Shown here piece after piece: positions 8,740 to 16,976 of a stretch of DNA of 17,065 bases. Source of the stretch: a bacterium (lineage in GTDB: Bacteria > SZUA-182 > DTGQ01 > JAFGSM01); assembly GCA_049472315.1 (NCBI GenBank), contig JBLIRN010000057.1, positions 1-17,065 of the forward strand. Direction: 5' to 3'. The position numbers and the translations under genes are program-made. The notes beneath the pieces are model-generated. The model saw only the letters and a list, made by a program, of their open reading frames with translations. It was not told where the DNA came from and made no database searches. Position 1 is the first letter of the stretch, and each line of letters opens with the position of its first letter.

Positions 8740-9518
8740 CCGGCTTCACTCACTGCGCATACCACCCGAAACCAGGATGATTTCCTGCCCAATCCATTCG
8801 TGCATGACGCTCACCAGCGCAGGTTACCCACAATATCATTTCCCGATTGCTGCACTCTTATAACACCCATAAGCCCTATGTACTCAATAGGGCATTTGTG
8901 CCTGCCCCCATCAATAATCCATGCATTCCATAATGATTCCTTGCTGCACGCCCTTTCTTTCAAGGGCCTGCGGCACCATATGACCGTAGCTGAAATATGG
9001 ATATCTCCCTTGCTATTTTTACCCTTTTTATCATAACTGCTATACGCTATTTTACATAAACAATATGGGAAAAAAGACATAATATTGCCGTTGATTTCCT
9101 TTGTGGCAAGAAATGAATATAACTTTTTGTTTTCAAAAAGATTATTGCACGCGAAAAAGGGACGATCCCGGCGTAATCATGGCACTGAAGATGCACAGAT
9201 ATAGGCTTACGTAAGGTTTGATAGGGGCATCAGCGAGAGGGTTTGTGTCTTTTTTCACCCAGACACATCCATCTCGCAGGGTTCCAGGATTCACAAACAC
9301 CGTATCGACTAACAATCATAACGTCCCACGGCAGGCATCCGCACTGGACATTTACGCATCATCGTAGTGGGAACACGGTCATCTAGTATCTCAGCACGGA
9401 TATTTCCGTGGAAGTATCCTTATGTATGAAGGGAGGTATGATCTGCATGGCATAATCCTTACACCGTTATTCCTCATGAAATACGGCATTTCTATCTCTA
9501 ATAAGGAGTGAGAGGTTT

Positions 9519-10055
9519 ATGAACATTACAAAACAACACCATACTATCCCGGTCATCGCCGGTCTTGTGCTCGTCATCCTTGCTTTCCTTGCGTCCCCTG
9601 CCCTTGCGCAGTACTGGACATCACTGCCCCCGTACAATACCCTATGGCCCTTGTGGTCTCCGGCCCTTTCACCGGTAGATCCCGGTACAGGGCTCCCCGT
9701 CCCGATTGTGGATTCATTGAGCCCCACAACGGTTCTGCCTGTTCAACCCGGCTTGACATGGGATCCTTCCTGGACATATCCGTGGCTGCTCTATAATACG
9801 CCCTCAGGCCTCGGTTATTTCGACCAGATATTCGGTTTCAATGCCTGGCCCCCTGCCCATCTGTTCGATCCGGCCGCCGGCACCGCACTTCCCATCCTGT
9901 TGAAGGGTGGTGCATGGCAACTCCTTCCTCCATTCCCGATCGATTGGGGGCAGCAGTTTGTGCCTCTGGGGAACCTAACCTATGCATTGCTGTACGGCAT
10001 TGATCCTACTGTATTTTCCTCACTCTTGACCCCTGGCGCCATCTGGGGCTTGTAA
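9519..10055 (+). CDS. Secreted Pro/Leu/Trp-rich hypothetical protein
   Basis: AGGAG/GAGGT RBS; clear Sec signal ending SPALA|Q. The mature part has 10 Trp, one Lys and no Arg, Glu or Cys. A strong hairpin follows the gene. Confidence 0.85.
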   Translation: MNITKQHHTIPVIAGLVLVILAFLASPALAQYWTSLPPYNTLWPLWSPALSPVDPGTGLPVPIVDSLSPTTVLPVQPGLTWDPSWTYPWLLYNTPSGLGYFDQIFGFNAWPPAHLFDPAAGTALPILLKGGAWQLLPPFPIDWGQQFVPLGNLTYALLYGIDPTVFSSLLTPGAIWGL

Positions 10056-10075
10056 GGTATTCCGGTCTTTTTTTC

Positions 10076-10107
10076 GGGCGATCCGCTATGACATGAGCGG
10101 ATCGCCC
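10076..10107 (+). terminator. Hairpin after the 9519-10055 gene (terminator or stabilising stem)
   Basis: Perfect 12-bp stem GGGCGATCCGCT/AGCGGATCGCCC with an 8-nt loop, 20 nt after the stop. The downstream U-tract is weak. Confidence 0.55.
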
Positions 10108-10543
10108 ATTTCATTCCGATCACTCCCATTGAAAACCTTCCTTCTTGGGGCACCCGGTGCCGAAGGCCTTTCTGCGATAGGCCCATGTTTTCGGCCCTTG
10201 CACATACCAGCGACCGGTGAGAGAAGGCACCCTTTTTCGTTATCGAACGATGTATCGAGTAGCTTAATGGTACAGTCACATCCTTTTCAGATCATTAACA
10301 GCAGTAAGGGATTCATCGTGAATGGATGATTCATCTCCTTTGTACCTTACATTGACGTATCATAAAATCGTTGCTGGAAGTGCTAAACCGTTGGATTAAA
10401 TTATGGTATTTTTTATTCTATTAAACAATATGTTGTATAATATAGCGCATAGGCATACCCTGATGAATCGCTTCCACCATGGGTACACCGCACAAGGCGG
10501 CATATGCTCTCTGGAACAGGTGCGCCCTGCCAGGCGCACACAT

Positions 10544-10577
10544 AAAAAAAGGGCGCAGGATCAATATTCCTGCGCCC
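10544..10577 (-). terminator. Rho-independent terminator of the Gly-rich gene (possibly bidirectional)
   Basis: 10-bp stem GGGCGCAGGA/TCCTGCGCCC with a 7-nt loop, followed on the minus strand by T7. It lies 23 nt past the stop at 10601. Confidence 0.85.
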
Positions 10578-10600
10578 CTTCCTTTCAGTCTGTCAAATCA

Positions 10601-11155
10601 TCAGGTGATTGCAAATGTGCCAATGGGGGTTGGGAATGTCACGCCTAATGATGTCGGGGTGCTCACATTGACGATGGGAGCAGCCTGCGGCTGAGGATTA
10701 AAAAGATTGGGGAACAACTGGTTATAAAGACCGGCCACGCCAAGCAAAGGTGCGATCTGCAGGAACGGCACCTGATAGGTCAGTCCACCGGTCGTTTGAA
10801 CCGGGTAGTACATGTTGGCGAAGCTGAACGGGCTCATCATGCCGCCGTACATGCCGCCATAGCCGCCCATGAGGCCGCCATAGCCGCCCATGAGGCCGCC
10901 ATACAGGCCGCCCATGAGGCCGCCCATGAGGCCGTAGCCGCCCATGAGGCCGCCATAGCCGCCCAGAAGACCGCCGTACAGGCCGCCCATAAGGCCGCCG
11001 TAGCCGCCATAGCCGCCCAACAGGCCGCCATAGCCACCCAAGAGGCTGGAATAGCCGCCGTAGCCGCCGTAGTAGGCATTGACTCGAGAGGCTTTCGACA
11101 AGCCAAGACCCATAACCAAACCTAAAACCAAAATCACCACGAACACTCTTTTCAT
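10601..11155 (-). CDS. Secreted Gly/Tyr/Leu/Met-rich repeat protein
   Basis: GGAGG RBS; signal peptide MKRVFVVILVLGLVMGLGLSKASRVNA|Y; GLMGGYG-type repeats; has its own terminator. Confidence 0.88.
   Translation of the reverse strand: MKRVFVVILVLGLVMGLGLSKASRVNAYYGGYGGYSSLLGGYGGLLGGYGGYGGLMGGLYGGLLGGYGGLMGGYGLMGGLMGGLYGGLMGGYGGLMGGYGGMYGGMMSPFSFANMYYPVQTTGGLTYQVPFLQIAPLLGVAGLYNQLFPNLFNPQPQAAPIVNVSTPTSLGVTFPTPIGTFAIT
10842..11073 (-). repeat. Imperfect coding tandem repeat (about 21-nt unit GCCGCCCATGAGGCCGCCATA on +; encodes YGGLMGG)
   Basis: Repeated 9/12/21-nt modules directly visible in the sequence, all frame-preserving. Confidence 0.9.
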
Positions 11156-11788
11156 AAAGAATTTCCTCCGGAACTGTTCTCCTCTTGTAAGGAAGATCCA
11201 TAGTCAAGATATATTGGCGCCAAAATCGTCTGTTCGGCTCTTTAGAAGAACGATTCAGTAGCGATTGAGACATTCAGTTCATATAACGTGGTGAATTATA
11301 TATATCTCAACACCAAGATATCTTTCAAGGTTGAATGTAATTGCAGCTCACATCAAAGGCCCATCTTCACCTCAATTTCCCCTGACATTTTCCTGCATGA
11401 ACGTGCACACAAATCCAGATCCTTCTTGGCTAAACCTGAAACATTGCACATAATTCACTTCATTCAATGTCAGATTTATATGTGCATAAAATTTATGTAT
11501 AATAAATCAAATATACTAAAAAAAGTATAGCGCATACTACATGATAAAGTCAATAGCGGGAATCGGGCGGTTTATAATAAGTTGTTGATTGAATTGATTA
11601 AAATTGGACAGCCGGAGTGATGAAACCATATCTGTCTCATCGCTTCGATTCTCCGCAAGGTATCCACTGTAACGAACATCCGCTGGTGCATTCCATGTAA
11701 TCCACAGCTCCTCCGTAAAAATCATTTTGCGCATGCGATGAGGCAGAAGCCGGAAAAGGCACCGGAGATTTCTTAGCGATGAGGGGTA

Positions 11789-12679
11789 TCAGGAAACGAG
11801 ATGTTCCCCGCTCTGACAGGAATCCGCGCAGAAGAGTCGCTGGCTTGCCTGAACGATGCAATATTCAGGATTCTCTATCCCCTTCAGACAGAGCAGCTTC
11901 CTTCTCCTGCTCCCGTTCCCGGGGGAGAGTGCGGTTTCCTGAATATCCACCAGTGCGCCGTAGGGGCACTGGATGCACTTTTCATACTGTTGGTCGTACA
12001 TCGTGCCGCGAAATTGGGCCTGCCTGGCCCCGGCAATGGTCCATGCATCCCCTTCCCCCCTTTCTTCGACCTCGATCCCCCTGAGATGGTGGAGGATGAA
12101 CCTCCCCCGATCCAGGCGCAGGGTGCCACGGAACTCTATACGGTCGCCCCTGCTCAACCGGAGCCGCCCCTGAAGCGATGGGCTCACCAGGGCATAGAAG
12201 GTATCCTCACAGTGCGTCAGACCGATGAATCCCTCCCGAAAGGTCAGCAGAAATCCCTGTAAGGAAAGGCGGTTTCGGTCATATCGGTGATTCACGACGA
12301 ACCGGGGCTTGACACCCGTGATGGTGGCGATACAATTGGATTCTTTTCCCTTGTGCATCCTCAGCCACTGTTCGAATTCACGCAATTCATCAAGGAAACG
12401 CTCATAGTCCGGCGGGGAAAGCATGAGTTGAGGGCGTTTTATCACCTTTTCATCATAGTATTCTCCACAGGATGCGCACTTGCGTCCGACGTGCCGGTAG
12501 GATCGCGGACAGGGAAGCCTCTGATCAAAGAGACGACAACGCCACTTAAAATACACACACCCATGCGGGTAGCATTCCTTTTCCCTCAATACGTGGTAGA
12601 CCGACACCACATTCCCGAAATCCTGGTGGGACTCATGGGTACAGCGAAATACGTCAAATCGTTTATACTGATTGATCAT
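11789..12679 (-). CDS. Cys-rich hypothetical protein, probably metal-binding
   Basis: 296-aa ORF with Cys clusters at both ends (CTHESH, CYPHGC, RC..CP..CASC; CIQCPYG..LC..YC) and a beta-rich middle. No family recognised. Confidence 0.8.
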   Translation of the reverse strand: MINQYKRFDVFRCTHESHQDFGNVVSVYHVLREKECYPHGCVYFKWRCRLFDQRLPCPRSYRHVGRKCASCGEYYDEKVIKRPQLMLSPPDYERFLDELREFEQWLRMHKGKESNCIATITGVKPRFVVNHRYDRNRLSLQGFLLTFREGFIGLTHCEDTFYALVSPSLQGRLRLSRGDRIEFRGTLRLDRGRFILHHLRGIEVEERGEGDAWTIAGARQAQFRGTMYDQQYEKCIQCPYGALVDIQETALSPGNGSRRRKLLCLKGIENPEYCIVQASQRLFCADSCQSGEHLVS

Positions 12680-12792
12680 TGTTCAGGACCAGCCCTGTTC
12701 CCGAAAGTCTTTAAGGGACTCGAAGGAGACCATGTTGTGCGATCCTTATACAATCATACACGATTTTCCCTCCATCCACCACCTCGCCGGCC

Positions 12793-13539
12793 TCAAAGCA
12801 GCTCAAAATCGGCGATCACGGGCAGATGATCACTGGCTACCTTTGAGATGATCATGCGGCACCGATGGATCGCCTTGAGCTGCATTCTCCCCCGGTAGTA
12901 GATCCGGTCCAGGGAGCTCTGAGGCGAGAATGAGGGATAGGTCCGGAGAACATGGCGATACCCGCTTGTCTTTGCGGAGGAATTGGAGAAACCAAGGATA
13001 TCGGTAAGGATGGGAGAGAGGAGGTTCCGCCAGTCATTAAAGTCACCGCCCATCAGGCATGGCTGCTGGTCCCCTACCGATCCGAACTCCCGGGAACGGG
13101 CCAAGACCCCCATCTGCTGTATGCGTTCCATCAGCGAAAGACCCAGGTGGAGATTGAAGACCTTCACCGAGCGTGCGCCATCGCTGCCTCCGGACATACG
13201 AATATCAGTGAAAAGACACCCTCGCCGCTTTCGATCGCCGATCGTCAGGTCGATGTTGCGCGCCTGCAGGATCGGGAGACGGCTCAGCGTGGCATTCCCA
13301 TACCCCCCCTTGCGCAACACCACATTTTTTCCCTTTACAACGTATGGATACCTCAAGGCATTGGCCAATTCCGTGGCAAGGTCCAATTCCTTCGACCGCG
13401 GCGCCCCTTCATCGACCTCCTGCAGGAGCACCACGTCCGTATCATAATGAGCAAGGATCTTGATGATCCGGTCCAGCCTGAAACGCCGGTCCACCCCGAT
13501 CGCCCGGTGGATGTTGTAGGTCATTACCCTCAGAAGCAC
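12793..13539 (-). CDS. Endonuclease/exonuclease/phosphatase (EEP) family protein, YbhP-like
   Basis: Motifs MTYNIH, LLQEVD, YGNATLS, NLHLGL, GDFNDW, LDRIYY and SDHLPV. Confidence 0.93.
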   Translation of the reverse strand: MLLRVMTYNIHRAIGVDRRFRLDRIIKILAHYDTDVVLLQEVDEGAPRSKELDLATELANALRYPYVVKGKNVVLRKGGYGNATLSRLPILQARNIDLTIGDRKRRGCLFTDIRMSGGSDGARSVKVFNLHLGLSLMERIQQMGVLARSREFGSVGDQQPCLMGGDFNDWRNLLSPILTDILGFSNSSAKTSGYRHVLRTYPSFSPQSSLDRIYYRGRMQLKAIHRCRMIISKVASDHLPVIADFELL

Positions 13540-13704
13540 TGCACGATCACTCCCTGTTCACTACCATTTCCCTGCGCTGCAATCGCTTTGCGCAGGCAAC
13601 CCTATCGACGCCGGTGCTCGATGTGAGTTTCCGGCACTTTGCCTGACGGCATGTATCCCCGCATTGTTCCTATTTCCACCCATATCCGGCAACTCGCTTA
13701 TGAT

Positions 13705-13713
13705 AGTATACCA
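13705..13713 (-). promoter_or_regulatory. Possible extended -10 promoter for the EEP gene
   Basis: The minus strand reads TGGTATACT (TGn + TATACT); no good -35. Confidence 0.4.
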
Positions 13714-13720
13714 CGTTTTC

Positions 13721-13749
13721 TTGACACACTGTTCCACATATCTTATTCT
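13721..13749 (+). promoter_or_regulatory. Sigma70-type promoter for the DHH gene
   Basis: TTGACA (13721-13726), 17-nt spacer, TATTCT (13744-13749). Confidence 0.6.
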
Positions 13750-13800
13750 AACCCTGTGAACCGGAAGATCATAAATGTTTTATTATAAGAGGAGCGACGC

Positions 13801-14727
13801 ATGAGACTTGTAACACGATCCGATTTTGACGGGCTTGCCTGCGCAACATTGCTGGTTGAAGAGGGTGTCGTGGATGAATATAAGTTCGTACATCCCAAGG
13901 ACGTCCAGGACGGGAAGATCGAGGTGGCCAAAAACGATGTCCTTGCAAACGTTCCGTATGTTCCCGGATGCGGCCTGTGGTTCGATCACCACTCCAGCGA
14001 ACACGAACGGCTGCAGCTCCAGCGTCGCTTTAATTTCAGGGGGGAGAGTCGTCCCTCTCCGAGTTGTGCTCGGGTGATCTTCAATTACTACGGGGGGAAG
14101 AAGCGGTTTGCCAAGTTCGAAGACACCGGCCTCATGGATGCGGTGGATAAAAGCGACACCGCCCAGTTTACCCTCGAAGACATCATGAATCCCCAGGGCT
14201 GGGTACTGCTCTCCTTTATCATGGACCCCCGTACCGGGCTCGGCAGGTACAAGGATTACCGCATCTCAAACTACCGGCTCATGGAGGACATGATCCAGTA
14301 CTGCAGGACCATGGATGCACAAGACATCCTCGAGGTCCCCGATGTGCAGGAGCGGGTAAAGCGGTACTTCAACCAGGAGAAGACCTACGAGGAGATGATC
14401 AAGGCGAACAGCACGGTGGATGGAAATGTCCTCATTATCGATCTTCGTAACGTTGAGGAGATCGTGTCCGGTAACCGCTTCAAGGAATACGCCCTGTACC
14501 CGGAGGCGAATATCTCGATCCGGATCATATGGGGCCTGAACAGGCAGAATATGGTGTTCGCCTGCGGCCACAGCATCATCAACCGAACCTCCAACACCAA
14601 CATCGGATCACTCATGCTGCAAAAGGGCGGAGGCGGTCACCCTTACGTCGGAACCTGTCAGGTACCCATCGAGGAGTTGGAAAGGGTCCGGGACGAACTG
14701 ATTGAACAAATGAAACGGGATGGGTAG
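13801..14727 (+). CDS. DHH-family phosphoesterase (exopolyphosphatase-like / nanoRNase-like)
   Basis: Motifs RLVTRSDFDGL, FDHH, PSCARV and C-terminal GGGGH; GAGGAG RBS. Confidence 0.9.
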   Translation: MRLVTRSDFDGLACATLLVEEGVVDEYKFVHPKDVQDGKIEVAKNDVLANVPYVPGCGLWFDHHSSEHERLQLQRRFNFRGESRPSPSCARVIFNYYGGKKRFAKFEDTGLMDAVDKSDTAQFTLEDIMNPQGWVLLSFIMDPRTGLGRYKDYRISNYRLMEDMIQYCRTMDAQDILEVPDVQERVKRYFNQEKTYEEMIKANSTVDGNVLIIDLRNVEEIVSGNRFKEYALYPEANISIRIIWGLNRQNMVFACGHSIINRTSNTNIGSLMLQKGGGGHPYVGTCQVPIEELERVRDELIEQMKRDG

Positions 14728-14895
14728 CCGGCCCGGCTCACCTCATTGCCCATGACCTGAAGTCCCTGACACTGCATCCGATATCAATCCCAATTGCCGA
14801 AAACCATTTTTCCCGGATATGGTTTAGTCCCTGCAGGATACAGTCAAAACGGGAACATACTTGACAATCTTGACCTAAACCCAATTATAGTGCCT

Positions 14896-15582
14896 TTACT
14901 TGATTCCGGTCACTTTCATCATGTGATTCCCGCCTCGCTGGAACTCGTAGGGAACGGAAACAATGGTCACAGTATATCCCTCTGCCTTCAGGCAGGCAAC
15001 TACGGGCTGAAGATGACGGGAGGTTTTCGCTCCGAGTTCGAGCAACGGAAAGACACGCACCTCAGCAGCGACACGGCATAGTTCCCGGATTGACTCAAGA
15101 TGAAAGGTCTCGGAGAGTTGTTCGCTGTATAGAAAGAGCAGGTGCGAGCAGAGTGCAAGATCGAATTCTCCGTCAGAAAAGGGCACGTGCGGCAGTTCCC
15201 CATCCACATAGCGCCCTTGGTCAACTCCTTGCGGATAGTCAGACAGAAATTCCTCCATCGCCGCCATGCGCACCCTTCCCAGTTCATCCACGGTCCTGAT
15301 GCTTGACCACGTGAATTCATGCATGTTCTTCCGCGTCTGCTCCATCACCTCTGCATAGGTCTCCCTGATACGGCTGCGAATGTCTTCAGCGGAGAACCGA
15401 TAAATCGGATCCACGGACACAACGTGTCCGCCTTTCCTCGTGAGTAGAGCATTGAATGAGGATGGGCCATCCCCGCATCCCAATATGCGCCTTCGAAGAT
15501 CGTCGGCTGATAGCGCAAACATGGCGACGTACTCGTCAAACGAACGTCCCCATGGAACAACATCTGTTAGCGTAAAACCCAT
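14896..15582 (-). CDS. Class I SAM-dependent methyltransferase (cassette gene)
   Basis: Motifs ILGCGDGPSSF, VSVDPIY, FDLALCSHLLFLY and ELCRVA. Confidence 0.88.
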   Translation of the reverse strand: MGFTLTDVVPWGRSFDEYVAMFALSADDLRRRILGCGDGPSSFNALLTRKGGHVVSVDPIYRFSAEDIRSRIRETYAEVMEQTRKNMHEFTWSSIRTVDELGRVRMAAMEEFLSDYPQGVDQGRYVDGELPHVPFSDGEFDLALCSHLLFLYSEQLSETFHLESIRELCRVAAEVRVFPLLELGAKTSRHLQPVVACLKAEGYTVTIVSVPYEFQRGGNHMMKVTGIK

Positions 15583-15598
15583 TTCTCTTTATCTTTCA

Positions 15599-15661
15599 GT
15601 CGAAAGACAGAGATCATCTGCCGGGGTAACAGCCCCGATCATCTGGCTTGATTTGTTCGAT
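15599..15661 (-). mobile_element. Degenerate integron attC site
   Basis: The minus strand reads ATCGAAC ... CAGATGATCGGGGC-tgtta-CCCCGGCAGATGAT ... TTTCGAC. It is a 63-bp imperfect hairpin just after the cupin stop; R' has TTT instead of GTT. Confidence 0.55.
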
Positions 15662-15683
15662 GGTTTTTTGCAATATGGACTTA

Positions 15684-16013
15684 TCATTTCTTGGGTAAAT
15701 AATCTTCTCGAACGGGAGAGAAGACCTCAATTGCCACAGATTTTTCCAATATCTCTGCACTATGATCAATGTTACTTGGAATACACCAGCTATCTCCTGG
15801 ACCAGCCTCAAATGTTTCTTGTCCAATTGTGAGCCTGATTCTGCCCTCCACTAAATAACCCGTTTGCTCATGAGAGTGAGAGTGTTGGGGCAATACACTA
15901 TTTGCTTCCATTCTGAATTCTGAAAAAAGGGTTTTCTCTCCATACACTAATGTTTTTAATCTTATTCCAGGCAATATTTGCTTATACCCACTTTCATTTG
16001 CTTTGTAGAACAA
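15684..16013 (-). CDS. Cupin-domain protein (cassette gene; start reassigned to TTG 16013)
   Basis: Cupin motifs PQHSHSHEQTGY and GDSWCIPSNIDH, ending EVFSPVREDY. AGGAG lies 6 nt before the TTG. The track start at 16055 falls inside the attC site. Confidence 0.88.
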   Translation of the reverse strand: MFYKANESGYKQILPGIRLKTLVYGEKTLFSEFRMEANSVLPQHSHSHEQTGYLVEGRIRLTIGQETFEAGPGDSWCIPSNIDHSAEILEKSVAIEVFSPVREDYLPKK

Positions 16014-16037
16014 GATAGGCTCCTTTTTGCTTTGATT

Positions 16038-16109
16038 ACAAAACGTGGCCATCACCGGCGGGAGTGGAGCGCAGCGGAATTCCCGTCCGAGTGCATGGCA
16101 TTGTTCTGT
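16038..16109 (-). mobile_element. Integron attC site
   Basis: The minus strand reads R'' ACAGAAC, then GCCATGCAC pairing with GTGATGGC (extrahelical G), inner stem CGGACGGGA/TCCCGCCG, and R' GTTTTGT. It is 72 bp long and begins 6 nt after the stop codon. Confidence 0.85.
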
Positions 16110-16115
16110 GTTGAT

Positions 16116-16955
16116 CTACACCCTACTGGCGATGACTGCAAATTCGTGCGATTTTCGATCATATGGGGTTCCCGCGACGTCGGAATAAAGCCCCTTAACG
16201 GAAAAGCCAGCCTCTATAAACTCCCTCTCAAGATCCTCGGGTGCAAAATATTGTAGCCAGTTGTACACCTTTCTGGTGCGGTCCAACTCGATAATTGTGT
16301 ACTTGTCCACCGAAACCTTTTCTTCATCGTATTTGAAGGTATTTAAAAAGCCATAGTACTTGTTTGGTGACCAGAATCCGTTGAGCTGGTTTACCTCATA
16401 TGTCGCGACCTCTTGCTTTTGTTCAAATGCCGATAGGGAATACACATCAAGAAGGACCGAACCGCTCGGTTTTAGAATCCCGTGGAATTTGTTTAGAATC
16501 CCTTTTCTTTGTGTTGGGCTGAGGGCGCAGAAATCGCACATAATCATCAGCACAAGGTCGAATCGGTCCTCGGTTTCAAACTCCAGGTAGTTCTGCTTCA
16601 CGTAGCTGATGTTCAACTGCTCGCTGGCTGCGACTTCCTTTGCGTACTCGATGGACCTCCCCGAGAAATCAATGCCAGTCACATTCGCTCCGCATTTCGC
16701 CAAACGTGTTGAATACAATCCAGGACCACAGCCAAAATCAGCTATCTTGGTATCCCTGCCGATGTTGAACTCAGATGCGATCCATTCCACAGATCGATTG
16801 ATGAATTCCGCGTTTCGCGAAGAAACGTCGATGGCCTCGTTGAGGTGGAACGAGAGCATCTGCTTTGATGTATGTTCATCGGTCCATAGATCGCTTGCAG
16901 TGTAAAATTGGAACGGTTCGGGCCGTTCGTTTATCCTCTCTAATTCTTCAAACAT
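16116..16955 (-). CDS. Class I SAM-dependent methyltransferase (cassette gene)
   Basis: Motifs IADFGCGPGLY, VTGIDFS, FDLVLMI and LKPSGSVLLDV. Confidence 0.92.
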   Translation of the reverse strand: MFEELERINERPEPFQFYTASDLWTDEHTSKQMLSFHLNEAIDVSSRNAEFINRSVEWIASEFNIGRDTKIADFGCGPGLYSTRLAKCGANVTGIDFSGRSIEYAKEVAASEQLNISYVKQNYLEFETEDRFDLVLMIMCDFCALSPTQRKGILNKFHGILKPSGSVLLDVYSLSAFEQKQEVATYEVNQLNGFWSPNKYYGFLNTFKYDEEKVSVDKYTIIELDRTRKVYNWLQYFAPEDLEREFIEAGFSVKGLYSDVAGTPYDRKSHEFAVIASRV

Positions 16956-16976
16956 TCTCTTTCCTTATCTTATTAC

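Noticed and set aside
10842..11073. CRISPR array
   Set aside because: The repeats are contiguous and in-frame with no unique spacers, and there are no cas genes.
10722..11273. Alternative-frame repeat ORFs (HEAA, RPHGR and AASW repeats)
   Set aside because: They are by-products of the Gly-rich repeat. Only the 10601-11155 frame has an RBS, signal peptide and terminator.
14821..14895. attC after the last cassette gene, or a promoter at TTGACA 14861
   Set aside because: Only a short imperfect IR (GGTTTAGTC/GACCTAAACC) is present, with no AAC...GTT boxes. No properly spaced -10 or downstream gene was found.
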